In this document: positions 10,212-20,529 of the stretch, piece after piece
Layout of the letters: each line of letters opens with the position of its first letter
How positions within the stretch are numbered: position 1 is the first letter of the stretch
Assembly: GCA_963770895.1 (NCBI GenBank)
Contig: CAVYRF010000002.1
Span: 5,184,001-5,248,000, forward strand
Direction of reading: 5' to 3'
From: an uncultured Acidobacteriota bacterium
GTDB taxonomy: Bacteria > Acidobacteriota > Thermoanaerobaculia > Multivoradales > UBA5704
Length of the DNA stretch: 64,000 nt
The notes under the pieces: model-generated
Database searches by the model: none
Told to the model about the DNA's origin: nothing
Seen by the model: the letters and a program-made list of their open reading frames with translations, nothing else
Translations under genes and position numbers: made by a program

Positions 10212-13200
10212 CTACCGGCCGCCGCCGCCGCGGTTGCCGTGCGCGGCTTCCGCCTGCTTGACGGTGCCCAGGGCGGCCAGGCGGGCCTGCGCCAGGCGGA
10301 AGGTGGAGAGCGGATCGGCGTCTTCGCCCGGCGGGCGGGTGACGCGGGCGTAGAGGCGGCGTGCTTCGTCGGGCATGCCGTAGGTTTCCGCCAGCTGGCC
10401 GAAGATGTACCAGTCGGCGGCTTCGGGCGCGCCGCGGGCGCCGGGGGGCTGCCCCGGCCGCACTTCGATGGCTTCGATCGCGACGCGGTAGCCTTCGGCG
10501 GCGCGCCCGCGCTCGACGCAGAGCGCCGCCAGGGTGTGCAGGGCGGCGGGGTCGGCGAAGCGCGACAGCTCCACCGCCTGCTGCGCGTCGGCGAACGCCT
10601 GGTCGTCGGGTTGCCCGCGCACCAGCGCCAGCCAGGCCAGGTCGTTGAGGTCGCCGGCCGTCTCCTGGCCGCCGGCCACCAGGTGGCGCAGGTAGAGCGC
10701 GGCGGCCGTCAGGTCGCCGCGGTGGGCGGCGGTGCGGGCGGCCAGGCGGAGCGCCAGCGGATCTTCGGGATGGCTGCGCAACCAGCGCTGCGCCAGCTCT
10801 TCGAGGTTGGCCAGGCGGCCCAGGCCGGCCAGCGCCCGCGCCTGGAACGCGAAGGCGCGCTGCGCGCCAGGGTGGGCGGCGGCCAGCCGGCCGGAGGCGT
10901 CGAGCAGGTCCTGGAAGCGGCCCAGGCCGCTCTGCGCCTGTGCCAGCGCCACCTCGAAGGCGGTGCGGCGGGCGGTGTCCGCCGCGGCGCCGTCGCGACA
11001 GCCTTCCAACCGCGCCAGCAGGGCCTGGCCTGGCGCGGGCGTGAGCGCCGCCGCACCGCCCGCCGCGAGGGTGGCGGCGGCGCAGCCGGCATCGGAGGGC
11101 GTGGCGGCCGTGGCGGCCGTCGTGGCTGGGGCGGCTGCCGGTTCGCAGGCCGCCCAGGGCGCCGCGCCGGTGAGTCCGGGTGCCGCGGTGTCGTCGCTGC
11201 CGCAGCCTTCCGGCCGGGTGCTCCACACGGCCAGCATGGGGATGGCCGGCAGAGCGCCGGCGGGGTCGCCGGCGTCGGCGGCGTCACGGGCACCGGCGCC
11301 GGGCGCCCTTTCGGAGGCGGCGGAGGTGGCGAAGGCGTCGTCGGCGGCGGGAGCGGCCGAGGTGGCTGCCGCTTCGGCCATGGCGCCGATCTGGGCCAGC
11401 AGCGCGGTCGGGGCGCCCGGCGGGGACGGCGCCGCGAGCGGTGCCGGGCGCTTGGCGGACGCCGCGCCCTTGCCGGTCTTGCCGCCGATGCCGCTCAAGC
11501 CGCTGCCGCGGCCGGACAGCGCGATGCCCGCGATGCCTGGAGCGCCGGCGGCTCCCGGCGGGGGATTGCGCAAGGTGGCGGCCGGCCGGCGCAGTTCTCC
11601 CACCGCCCAGTCCAGCCAGCGCCGGGCGCCGGCTTCGTCGTGGGCGGCCAGGCGCCGCAGCGCTTCGAGGCCGAGGGTATAGGGGGCGTCGCCGAGCGCC
11701 GCGACGCGGTATTCGCCGTGGTCGGGCACCAGGAACAGCGCGGTGCGCGCGACGGCGGCTCCGGCACGCGCGGTGATCTGGACGCGGTAGCCGGCGGCGT
11801 CGTCGCCGCTGATCGCGGTGTGCCAGGCGGCGGCCGCCAGGTCCTGACGCACGTCGGCGGCGAGCAGCGCGTCGTGTTGCGCCGACAGCGGCGAAGCGCC
11901 GAACGAGGCGGCCAGCTCGCGCTGCGCCGCCGGGCTCATGGCCTGGGTGAGCCCGGCGCTGAGCGCCGCGACCATGCGGTCGGTGGCGGGAGGGTCGGCC
12001 AGGGTCGCCAGCAGGAAGCGGCGCGCCGCCGCGCCGGCGCGGCTGGCGTTCGCGCTGCCGGCGTCGGCGCCGCCGGGCTGGCGACCCGCGGTCTCGATGG
12101 TTTCCGCGGCGTCGGTGGTCGCGGCGGCGTCAGCGGGGGCGCCGGCGCTGCTGGCACCGCTCGCGTTGGTGGCACCGCTGGCGTCGCTGGCGTCGGCGGC
12201 AGGGTCCGCGGCGCCGGTGCGGGTCGCCGCCGGCCGCGGCGCCTCCTGGTGGCGGCGGGCGAGCCGCAGCGCGTCGGCGCGGACCAGGTAGGCGGCGGAG
12301 TTGGGCGACAGCCGCGCGGCGCGCGCCAGCAGGGTGGCCGCCTCGCCGTAGCGGCGCAAGGCGACCAGCTCGCGGGCCGCCGTGTCGAGCGCGCCGACGC
12401 GCGCCCCAGGGTCACCGATGCGGCGCTCGGCGTCTCCCAACGCGGCGTCCGCGCCGGCGGTCGCCGCCAGCGCGACCAGGCGCTGGGCGTCGCGCGCCGG
12501 CGTGTCGTCCAGCTCGGATGCCAGGGTCACCGCTTCGGCGAAGCGGCCGGCGTGCACCAGGGCCGCCAGCAGGTTGTCGTCGTAGGCGTGCGTTTTGAGC
12601 TGGTCGCGCAGCCCCTGGTATTCGGTGATGGCGCCGGCCAGGTCGGCGTCGGCGGCGTAGCGGCGCCCCTGCGCGTCGTGCTCCAGCAGGATGGCCAGGT
12701 CGGCGCGGGTGGTTTCGTCTTCGGCGTCCAGGGACTTTGCCTTGCGGTAGGCGGCGACCGCGGCGGCGCGATCGAAGCCGGTGCCGAAGCGGCGTCCGAT
12801 GCCGTCGTGCTGCAACACCCAGGCGAGGGTGCGCTGCGCCGCCGCCGAGCGCGGCTCGAGATGGGTCGCCCGCTCGGCTTCGCGGCGCGCCGCCTCGCCC
12901 AGGCCGCCGGCCAGCAGGGCGCGCGCCAGGCGGCTGTGCGGCAGCGCCTTTTTGGGCGCCGCCGCGGCTTCGCGCTGGAACTCCGCGATGGCGGCGCGGA
13001 CGTTGCCGGCCGCCAGGTCGGTTTCGCCCACCTGCTCGAACTGCACCAGGATGGGCTTGGCGGCCCGCACCTGGCGCACCGCGGCGCGCAGGCTTTCGAA
13101 CTCCTTGGCGCCGATGCGGCGCTTGCCGGTATCGAGGCGCAGCGTCGCCGTGACCACCCCGTCGGGCGTCGCCGCGAAGGTTTCGGTCAAGCTGGCGGTC

Positions 13201-15287
13201 CCCAGCTGCAGCGTCTGGCTGGGTGGCAGCGGCCGCGGCGCAAAGCCCGGCGGCGGCACCATGCGGAAGGTGGTTTCGACGACGAACGGCCGGCCGAAGT
13301 AGAAGTCGGCCACCCGCCCGGGCTCGTCCTTGCCCGCCGCGGTCAGGTCGTCGGGCAGCTGGTCGAGCAGCGCCGCCGGCAGGATGGCGACCGCCGCCGT
13401 CTTTTCATAGGTGAGGGCGCTCTTGATCTCCCGCACTTCCAGGCGCAGGCGGAAGGGCTGCGCCAGGTCCCGCGGGTCGGCGTGGTCGTACGAGGTCAGC
13501 TCCTTGGCCAGGTACGACTTGCGCACGTATTCGGAGAGCGATTCGCGCACCGTCTCGGCGTCCTCGGAGACGTAGAAGGCGCGCAGGTCGCGCTCGCTGG
13601 CGCCCCAGTAGCGGTCGCTTTCGACGGCGCGCGCCGGTCCCAGGTCGGCGAGGTAGATCTCGCGCGTCTTTTCGGCGCGGTTCTCTTCGGGCGCCGCTTC
13701 GGGGGTGCGGATCAGGGCGGTGGCGGTGGGGCTGGCGATCAGCGCCAGGCGCCCCTGGTCGTCGGTCGGCAGCTCGCCGGCGCGGGCGAAGGGGTCGGTG
13801 GGATCGATCCACACCTGGGGGCTGCCCGGCACGACGACGATCGCGTGGTTGAAGCCGCCGAAGCCCGGCAGCTCCTCTTCGATGTCCTGCTGGTCTTCGC
13901 CGGAGTTGAGCAGCGCCGCGTAGGCCGGGATGTCGAGCGCCCGCAGCGCCGCGATCAGCAGCACCGCCTTGTCCTTGCAGTCGCCAAATTTGCGCCGCAG
14001 CGTTTCAGCGGGCGAACGCGGCACGATGCCGCCCTGGCCAAGCTCGACGCCGGTGTAGCGGATGTCGCCCAGGCGCCGCAGCAGGCGGTTCATGGTGTCC
14101 ATCTGCGACGGCGCGGTGCCGCCGGCGGCGCGGATCAGCGCGGTCATGTCGGCGCCGCGGATGGCGTCGTCGACGATCTGCGAGTAGCGGTGCGCGATGT
14201 CGCCCCACGAACGCCCGGTGGAGAAGGCCAGATACGGCGTGCGCGGCTGCTCCGGCGCCAGGCCCGTTTCGGGGTCGTCGGTCGCCGCCAGGTCGCGGTA
14301 GTCGAACGTCAGCCGGCGGCGCGGCGGATCGCCGGCGATCGCTTCGTCGCGCGGCGCGTTCTGCGGCAGCAGGCGCGCCGTCCAGCGCAGCGCGGCGGCG
14401 GCGGGGGCTTCGACGATGACGCGAGCGTGATGCACCGACACCGACGCCGCGACGTCGGTGACCTCCACCAGGCCGGCGTCGAAGAAGGGCGCCGTGTCGC
14501 GCACCGTCACCTGCTGCTCGACGACCACACCGGGGCCGGTCGCCGGCAGCGGCCCGCGCAGGACGCGGCCGTCGCCGAACATGTCGGGGCCGTCCTGCAC
14601 CTCGCCGCTTTCGGTCAGTACGGCGGGATCGAGCGGCAGCGCCACGCCGTCCGGCGTGATGACGCGCGCCCGCACTTCGGGGCGCGCCTGGTGCCAGGGA
14701 GCCCAGCTGCGCTCGACCGTGGACCAGCTTTCGTCGGCGGCGGCGGTCAGCAGGCGGTAGACCAGGCGCTGGGTGTAGACCTCGCGGCCGGCGGCATCGA
14801 AGGAATAGTGCTGCTCGGACAGCAGCACGACGACCGGCTCGCCGTCGCGCCCTTCGAAGCGGGCGGCGGCGTGGGCGACCGCCGCCGGGTCGGCGGCAAA
14901 CGGTTCGCCGTCCCAGGGTTCGATTCGCGGCGCCTTGCTGGCCGCCGCCGCGGCCGACGCCTTGCGGCGCTGCTTGTCGTGGTCGGTCGCGGCGCGCGCG
15001 GGCGCGCCGGCTGCCGCCGCCCGCGTGGCGGCTGCCCTCAGCGGTCTGACGGCTCCTCTCGACGGCCTGACGGCCGAGGCCGCTGCCGGTGCGGTCAAGG
15101 CGGTGGCGGCGGTGGTGGCGGCGGCCGACGCGGCGGTGGGAGCGGCCAGAGCGGCAAGGCCGGTGAGGGTGGTCAGGACGCCGAGCGTGGCGAGGCCGGC
15201 GAGCACGGCGGGAAGCCGCCTGGGCCGGGAGTAAATCCGCCGGGGGCGCGAAACCTGCGAGGACTGTGCACAACTCCAGCTGGTCAC
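10212..15287 (-). CDS. Exported DUF3857 / transglutaminase-like / TPR protein
   Basis: Catalytic-triad motifs GDCKDKA, FNHAI and WIDPT; TPR-like C-terminal half; hydrophobic N-terminal segment; start uncertain. Confidence 0.8.
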   Translation of the reverse strand: MTSWSCAQSSQVSRPRRIYSRPRRLPAVLAGLATLGVLTTLTGLAALAAPTAASAAATTAATALTAPAAASAVRPSRGAVRPLRAAATRAAAAGAPARAATDHDKQRRKASAAAAASKAPRIEPWDGEPFAADPAAVAHAAARFEGRDGEPVVVLLSEQHYSFDAAGREVYTQRLVYRLLTAAADESWSTVERSWAPWHQARPEVRARVITPDGVALPLDPAVLTESGEVQDGPDMFGDGRVLRGPLPATGPGVVVEQQVTVRDTAPFFDAGLVEVTDVAASVSVHHARVIVEAPAAAALRWTARLLPQNAPRDEAIAGDPPRRRLTFDYRDLAATDDPETGLAPEQPRTPYLAFSTGRSWGDIAHRYSQIVDDAIRGADMTALIRAAGGTAPSQMDTMNRLLRRLGDIRYTGVELGQGGIVPRSPAETLRRKFGDCKDKAVLLIAALRALDIPAYAALLNSGEDQQDIEEELPGFGGFNHAIVVVPGSPQVWIDPTDPFARAGELPTDDQGRLALIASPTATALIRTPEAAPEENRAEKTREIYLADLGPARAVESDRYWGASERDLRAFYVSEDAETVRESLSEYVRKSYLAKELTSYDHADPRDLAQPFRLRLEVREIKSALTYEKTAAVAILPAALLDQLPDDLTAAGKDEPGRVADFYFGRPFVVETTFRMVPPPGFAPRPLPPSQTLQLGTASLTETFAATPDGVVTATLRLDTGKRRIGAKEFESLRAAVRQVRAAKPILVQFEQVGETDLAAGNVRAAIAEFQREAAAAPKKALPHSRLARALLAGGLGEAARREAERATHLEPRSAAAQRTLAWVLQHDGIGRRFGTGFDRAAAVAAYRKAKSLDAEDETTRADLAILLEHDAQGRRYAADADLAGAITEYQGLRDQLKTHAYDDNLLAALVHAGRFAEAVTLASELDDTPARDAQRLVALAATAGADAALGDAERRIGDPGARVGALDTAARELVALRRYGEAATLLARAARLSPNSAAYLVRADALRLARRHQEAPRPAATRTGAADPAADASDASGATNASGASSAGAPADAAATTDAAETIETAGRQPGGADAGSANASRAGAAARRFLLATLADPPATDRMVAALSAGLTQAMSPAAQRELAASFGASPLSAQHDALLAADVRQDLAAAAWHTAISGDDAAGYRVQITARAGAAVARTALFLVPDHGEYRVAALGDAPYTLGLEALRRLAAHDEAGARRWLDWAVGELRRPAATLRNPPPGAAGAPGIAGIALSGRGSGLSGIGGKTGKGAASAKRPAPLAAPSPPGAPTALLAQIGAMAEAAATSAAPAADDAFATSAASERAPGAGARDAADAGDPAGALPAIPMLAVWSTRPEGCGSDDTAAPGLTGAAPWAACEPAAAPATTAATAATPSDAGCAAATLAAGGAAALTPAPGQALLARLEGCRDGAAADTARRTAFEVALAQAQSGLGRFQDLLDASGRLAAAHPGAQRAFAFQARALAGLGRLANLEELAQRWLRSHPEDPLALRLAARTAAHRGDLTAAALYLRHLVAGGQETAGDLNDLAWLALVRGQPDDQAFADAQQAVELSRFADPAALHTLAALCVERGRAAEGYRVAIEAIEVRPGQPPGARGAPEAADWYIFGQLAETYGMPDEARRLYARVTRPPGEDADPLSTFRLAQARLAALGTVKQAEAAHGNRGGGGR

Positions 15288-15605
15288 GCCTTCCCCCTAC
15301 CGTATTCCCCCGCGTTGCCCCCCAAAAGGGTATCATGCCGGCTCCGGCGGTGGAGCAGGCTGGGCGGGTGCATGCTGCCGGCCGCGGTCGCCGGCAAGCG
15401 CGGCTGCAAGCGGCCCCGCGCGGCCCCAGCCGCGCCGCGGCTCTGGTCAATCCGTAGACGATGTGCTATTTTTTCGAGCACCGGTTTGTGAAGTGTCCCT
15501 CTCGATCCCGAGGCGGCCACGCACACTTTCCACAGGTGCGCTGTCGCCAGCCACCGCCGGTTGCAAAAGGGCCTTATCGGCCCAGGACAGGACAAGGAGA
15601 GAGGG

Positions 15606-16097
15606 ATGGGCAGGAAGCTTTTCGTCGGCAATCTCAATTTCGATACGACCAGCGACGACCTCAAGCAGCTGTTCGCGCAGGCAGGCACGTGCGAATCGGC
15701 GCAGGTCATGACCGATCGCGCGACCGGCAGATCGCGCGGCTTCGGTTTTGTCGAGATGAGCTCCGACAGTGACGCCCAAAAGGCGATCCAGGAATTGAAC
15801 GGGCGAAGCTTCCAGGGCCGCAACCTGAACGTGAACGAAGCGCGCGAACGCACGCCCGGCGCCCCGCGCCCGCCCCGCCCCCACGGTGACTTCGGCGGTG
15901 GCGGCGGCTACGGCGGCGGCGGCGGTTTTGGCGGCGGCGGCGGCTTCGACGGCGGCGGTGGTTTCGACGGCGGCGGCGGCTTCGGCGGTGGTTTTGGCGG
16001 CGGCGGCGGCGGCTTCGGTCGCGGTCCCGGCGGCCCCAAACCGCGCAAGGACGGCGGCAGCCGCCGCGGCCTGCGCGCCCGCAAGCGCAGTCTCTAG
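15606..16097 (+). CDS. RRM RNA-binding protein with Gly-rich tail
   Basis: RNP2 LFVGNL, RNP1 RGFGFVEM, GGGGF repeats; AGGAGAGAGGG RBS before ATG at 15606. Confidence 0.95.
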   Translation: MGRKLFVGNLNFDTTSDDLKQLFAQAGTCESAQVMTDRATGRSRGFGFVEMSSDSDAQKAIQELNGRSFQGRNLNVNEARERTPGAPRPPRPHGDFGGGGGYGGGGGFGGGGGFDGGGGFDGGGGFGGGFGGGGGGFGRGPGGPKPRKDGGSRRGLRARKRSL

Positions 16098-16296
16098 GTT
16101 TTCAGCTCAGCTTCTCAGCTCAGCTCGATCCGATCTGGCAGCCCGCCGCGGCACCCTGCGCCCACCAGCGCAGGCTTTGCCGTGTCCGCTCGATCCGATG
16201 CGGCGATCGCCGCGGCTCGCGGTCCGCGGCCCAGGCACGGCGATCGGCCAAAGGGCGACATACGTTCCGGGACCGCGCCGCCCCGTTCGGTTGCCC

Positions 16297-18063
16297 TCAC
16301 CGGGTGATGGCGATGCCGTTGGAAGTGCGATGGAGAACCTTGACGGTGTAGGAGCCGGCGCCGTTGTCGATGAGCTGCCAGCCGGGGGCGGTCGCGAGGG
16401 TGCCGCGCCTGGGGAGGGCTTCGGCGCTGGTGGACACGACCGACGACGGCGCGAAGTCCAGGATGAGCACTTCTTCGGCTGCCGCGTCGTAGGTTCTGTA
16501 GGTGACTCTGTCCGCGGCGTAGGTGACGTCCTGGACGACGGACGTGGAGCGCAGCAGGTGGTTGCCGGTGCCGATGGCCCAGGGCGGATAGGCGCCGACT
16601 CCCGCCAGGAAGTGGCGGACGTAGTCGCCGTAGCCGTCGGAGAACCAGGATTCAAAAGAGATGTGGGGGTCGGGGCCGGTGGTGACGGAGCCGTCGGCGT
16701 TGAGCATGTAGCTGGCCCAGGCAAAGGAGCGCGCCGCCTTGTTCAGGATGGTCGAGGGCGCGGCCGCCGCCTTTTCGCTGTACATGGCGCTCACCGAGGC
16801 ATAGCGGGCGGTGTGGCTTCCCATCGGGTAGTCGTAGGCGCTCTGTTCGCCGATGGCGTTGGCGCCGTACTGATCCTGGGCAAAGTTGGTCTCCACCCAG
16901 GTCAGCAGGCGCTGGGCGTCGGCCATCCAGGTGGCATCGAGCTCCGGATGCTCGATCAGGTAGCGGGCGGTCTCCATGGGAACGTATTGATTGACGTTGG
17001 TACCGGAGATTCCCCGTTTGTAGCGCGTGCCGTCCGGCAGCGGATAGGTCGGGATGTCTTCAAAGTAGCTGGCCCACTGGCCGTTGCGCATGGGGTATTC
17101 GGTGAGCCAGTTCCAGGCGATCTGCCGTGCCCTTTGCAAGAGGCGTTTGTTGCCGACGCTCAACCTGATCAATTCGTCGAACAGCCGGATGGGGCCGATG
17201 ACGTCGGCGCAGTAGTCGTCGCTGGTGGCCCCCAGCAGGGGCTGGGTCGGGACCAGCGTGGCGCCGCTCAGCGCCTCGACCCGGAACGGCCATGGCGAAT
17301 GCGCGGCGTCGCCCAGGCGCACGTTCCTGGCCAGGGCGAGGGCGGCCTGGCGGGCGGCGGCCAGGTAGGCCGGGTTGCCCGTCTGTTCGTAGAGCCGCAA
17401 CACGCTGTAGCCCCATTCACCCACCTTGTCCGGTTCGATGTAGCCGATGCCGTCGCCGGCGCCGTTGAGCAGGCCCTCGGCCGCTCCTTGATAGATCGGA
17501 GCGCCGGGCTCGGCGCTGGCGTAGGGCACCAGCGGCCAGGCGCCCTGGTCCGCGGTGAGCCCATAGGCCAGGTCGTAATCGATCACCTGTGTCGCCAGCC
17601 CGATGGCGCCGGCGTCTCCCGAATAGGGGTAGTACGCCAGCGCGGAATCGACGATCATCGAATACAGACCGGCGGGATTGTGCTTGTAGGGTACGGGCTG
17701 AAACGGCACCGAGCCGACGATGAAATAGCTGTAGAAATAGTAAGCCGGATGCAGCTGCCCGTCGCCGCCCAGGATCGGTTGGTCGACGTCGAAGGGTTCC
17801 GCCTGCACGGCCGCCGGAACCTGCTCCAGAAACCCCCAGGCGCGCGTGATCACCTGGTCGAACCAACCGGTTTGCGGCAGCCAGCTGAGCAAGGTTCCCG
17901 AACGGTCCAGCGCCACGGGGTGCCCGTTGAGCACCGCGGACGCATCCGCGGCGTCGACAGCCGGGCCGGCGGCCGGGCTCTGCTCGCCGGCAAGCCGGGA
18001 CGCGCCGCACCACGAACCGAGGCAGGCGATCAGCGCGGCGGCGCAGGTGCATCGATCGATCAC
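16297..18063 (-). CDS. Secreted (alpha/alpha)6 glycosidase-like protein
   Basis: GTG start at 18063 with GAGGAG RBS; signal-like N-terminus; LYEQTGNPAYL six-hairpin-type motif; Tyr/Trp-rich. Confidence 0.6.
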   Translation of the reverse strand: MIDRCTCAAALIACLGSWCGASRLAGEQSPAAGPAVDAADASAVLNGHPVALDRSGTLLSWLPQTGWFDQVITRAWGFLEQVPAAVQAEPFDVDQPILGGDGQLHPAYYFYSYFIVGSVPFQPVPYKHNPAGLYSMIVDSALAYYPYSGDAGAIGLATQVIDYDLAYGLTADQGAWPLVPYASAEPGAPIYQGAAEGLLNGAGDGIGYIEPDKVGEWGYSVLRLYEQTGNPAYLAAARQAALALARNVRLGDAAHSPWPFRVEALSGATLVPTQPLLGATSDDYCADVIGPIRLFDELIRLSVGNKRLLQRARQIAWNWLTEYPMRNGQWASYFEDIPTYPLPDGTRYKRGISGTNVNQYVPMETARYLIEHPELDATWMADAQRLLTWVETNFAQDQYGANAIGEQSAYDYPMGSHTARYASVSAMYSEKAAAAPSTILNKAARSFAWASYMLNADGSVTTGPDPHISFESWFSDGYGDYVRHFLAGVGAYPPWAIGTGNHLLRSTSVVQDVTYAADRVTYRTYDAAAEEVLILDFAPSSVVSTSAEALPRRGTLATAPGWQLIDNGAGSYTVKVLHRTSNGIAITR

Positions 18064-18104
18064 GTGGCGTCTCTCCTCTGCCAAGCCGCGGTTTTTGTCG
18101 CGCC

Positions 18105-19307
18105 TCAAAACAGGTCGAAGATCAGGATGCGGGCGTCGAGCGGGCCGTTCTTGACCGGCAGGCGGCGGCGCGGGCGCAGGCCGATGTGTTTGCCCAGGCC
18201 CTCGCCGCCGGCCAGGACGACGGCGCGCCAGCCGCGGAACTGATGCTTGAGCAGGGTCCCCAGGGCGCGCCAGTGGCCGGCGTCGGCGGCGGCGCGCTCG
18301 CCGTACGGGGGGTTGACCACCACCAGGCCGGGCGCCGCGCCGCGGTGCGCCGGCGGCAGGCAGTCGGCGGCTTCGCCGCGCGTCAGCTGCGCCCGCCCGA
18401 GCAGGCCGGCGCGTTCCAGGTTGGCGCGCGCGGCGCGCAGCGCTTCGGCGGAGCGGTCGTTGCCGCGCAGCTGCACGCCGGACCCCGGCGCCGGCAGCGG
18501 TTCGGCGCACACCTCGGCAAAGCGGGCGGCGTCGAAGCCCGGCAGGCGCTGGAACGCCCAGCCGCCGCCGTCGCCCGCGCGCAGCTGGCCGGGCGCGGTG
18601 CCCATCGCGAACCAGGCGGCCTCGATCAGCAGCGTCGCCGAGCCGCACATCGGGTCGACCACGGCGCCGCTGCCGTCCCACTCCGCCGCCAGCACGCACG
18701 CGGCGGCCAGGGTTTCGCGCACCGGCGCCGCGGCCGACTGCAGGCGGTAGCCGCGGCGGTCCAGCGGCTCGCCCGAGGTGTCGAGCAGCAGCGTCGCGCG
18801 GTCTTCGTGCAGGCGCAGGCGCAGCTGCAGGTCCGGCGCGGTGCGGTCGACGTCGGCGCGGCGGCCCCAGCGGTCGCGCTGCCCGTCCACCAGGCCGTCC
18901 TTGGCCGACAGCGCCGCCCAGCGCACGTCGCGGATCTGCGACGCGGTGGTGGTCGCCTGGATGGCGAAGCTGCGGTCGGGATGGAAGAGCTCACCCGGAT
19001 CCAGGCCGCCCGGCGCCGCCGTCAGGCCGGTCGCGGCGGCGCCCTGGGTGTGGCCGGACACCAGGGCGCGGGCTCCCGCGGCCAGTGCGGCGCCGTCGCC
19101 GGCGGCCCAGCTGGCCAGCTCGATCAGCACCCGGTTGGCGGTGCGCAGGCGCCAGTTGGCGCGCCAGCAGTCCTGCCAGCTGCCGGCGAAGCGCACGGCG
19201 CCGCGCTCGGCCTCGACCGCCGCCGCCCCCATGCCGTCCAGCTCCGCCGCCAGGATGGCTTCCAGGCCCGAGGCGCAGGTGGCGACCAGCGTCAGCGTGT
19301 CATCCAC
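18105..19307 (-). CDS. THUMP-domain class I SAM RNA methyltransferase (RlmL-like)
   Basis: LDTSGEPLDRRGYR, DPMCGS, NPPYGER, NGPL; GTG start overlaps the upstream stop. Confidence 0.9.
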   Translation of the reverse strand: MDDTLTLVATCASGLEAILAAELDGMGAAAVEAERGAVRFAGSWQDCWRANWRLRTANRVLIELASWAAGDGAALAAGARALVSGHTQGAAATGLTAAPGGLDPGELFHPDRSFAIQATTTASQIRDVRWAALSAKDGLVDGQRDRWGRRADVDRTAPDLQLRLRLHEDRATLLLDTSGEPLDRRGYRLQSAAAPVRETLAAACVLAAEWDGSGAVVDPMCGSATLLIEAAWFAMGTAPGQLRAGDGGGWAFQRLPGFDAARFAEVCAEPLPAPGSGVQLRGNDRSAEALRAARANLERAGLLGRAQLTRGEAADCLPPAHRGAAPGLVVVNPPYGERAAADAGHWRALGTLLKHQFRGWRAVVLAGGEGLGKHIGLRPRRRLPVKNGPLDARILIFDLF

Positions 19308-20346
19308 CGCCGCGCAGCTCCTTGGCGGCGCCGCGGTGGGCGTCCAGGAAGGGGAGCAGGGCGTGGAGCAGTTGGGCCGGGTGGTCCTCCATCGCCAGGT
19401 GGCCGGCACCGGGGATGCTGGCGAAGGCGGCGTCGGGCAGCAGCTGCGCCGCCTTGCGGCCGTCGGCGACGGGGATCACCCGGTCGGCTTCGCCCCAGAC
19501 CACCAGGGCGGGCGTGGCGAGCGTCTCCAGTTTGACTTCGGCGGGCGGCTGGGGCGCTCCGGCGGGGCGCTCGAGCGTCGCGGTCAGGCCGTAGAAGGCG
19601 GTGGCTTCGCCCTCGACGCGCAGGCGGTCGGCGTAGGCGTCGACCAGCGCCGGGGTGACCAGCGCCGGGTCGCCGATGCTGCCCAGGAGCGACCGGCGGA
19701 TGTGCTTGCGCCGCAGGGCGAACTGCACCGCCAGCGAGTCCAGCGGCCGGAACTTGGCGATGACCGTGCGGCGGTCGTTGCCGTAGGTCGGCGCCGAGCT
19801 GTCGACCAGGGCCATGGAAAGCATGCGCTCGGGGTGGCGGGAAGCAAGGAAGAGCGTGAGGCCGCCGCCGTAGGAGTGGCCGACGAACTGGGCGCGCCGG
19901 ATGCCGAGCTGGTCGAGCACGGCAAGGATGAGATGCTCCTGGCCCTCGCGCGTGTAGCACCAGGGATCGTGCGGGCGCTGGGTCCAGCCGAAACCGTAGA
20001 GGTCCAGCGCCACCACGCGGTGGGTGCGCGCCAGCTCGGGCACCACCAGGCGCCACGAATAGCTGGAGGCGCCAAACCCGTGCAGCAGCACGACGGCATC
20101 GGCGGCGGCCGGTCCCGCCTGCTCGACGTAGACGGCGTTGCCGTCGACCGTCAGGTAGCTGCCGGCGGGCTGCGCGCCGCGCACCTGGGCGAAGGGGCGC
20201 AGCGACACGCAGCCGGCCAGGAGCAGCGCCGCGGCGCTCAGGAGTGTCGCGGCGGCCGGGAGCGTCGCCCGCGCCAGGAGCAGGGCGTGGGCAGCCTGGC
20301 GCGGCCGGGTTACGGCGGCGTGACGAGGTCGGGGTCGGGCGCGCAC
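19300..20346 (-). CDS. Alpha/beta-fold hydrolase, probably a lipoprotein
   Basis: LLHGFG, GHSYGG nucleophile elbow, WGEAD, GAGH; LLAGC lipobox. Confidence 0.9.
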   Translation of the reverse strand: MRARPRPRHAAVTRPRQAAHALLLARATLPAAATLLSAAALLLAGCVSLRPFAQVRGAQPAGSYLTVDGNAVYVEQAGPAAADAVVLLHGFGASSYSWRLVVPELARTHRVVALDLYGFGWTQRPHDPWCYTREGQEHLILAVLDQLGIRRAQFVGHSYGGGLTLFLASRHPERMLSMALVDSSAPTYGNDRRTVIAKFRPLDSLAVQFALRRKHIRRSLLGSIGDPALVTPALVDAYADRLRVEGEATAFYGLTATLERPAGAPQPPAEVKLETLATPALVVWGEADRVIPVADGRKAAQLLPDAAFASIPGAGHLAMEDHPAQLLHALLPFLDAHRGAAKELRGGG

Positions 20347-20529
20347 CGGCGCATCTTATACGGCGCCGGGGGCCTCCCCGGCGGCAGCCGCGGCCTCCGG
20401 CCTGTCGGCGCCTGCCTGCCGGTTCCAAGGGGCGGGGGTTTTGGAACCGATTTTCGACTGCAATTGTCACCTTCTCTACCTATCCTGGCGATCTTTGCGG
20501 TTGCGGCGGTGGAACCGCCGAGCGGCGCC

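Noticed and set aside
10239-15491. 1750-aa plus-strand ORF
   Set aside because: Shadow of the DUF3857/transglutaminase gene.
15888-16020. Possible CRISPR-like repeat array
   Set aside because: Coding GGGGF repeats with no unique spacers; no cas genes or arrays seen anywhere in the window.
18778-20529. N-terminal extension making CysA 1258 aa
   Set aside because: Overlaps two real minus-strand genes; the ABC domain starts at ATG 20530.
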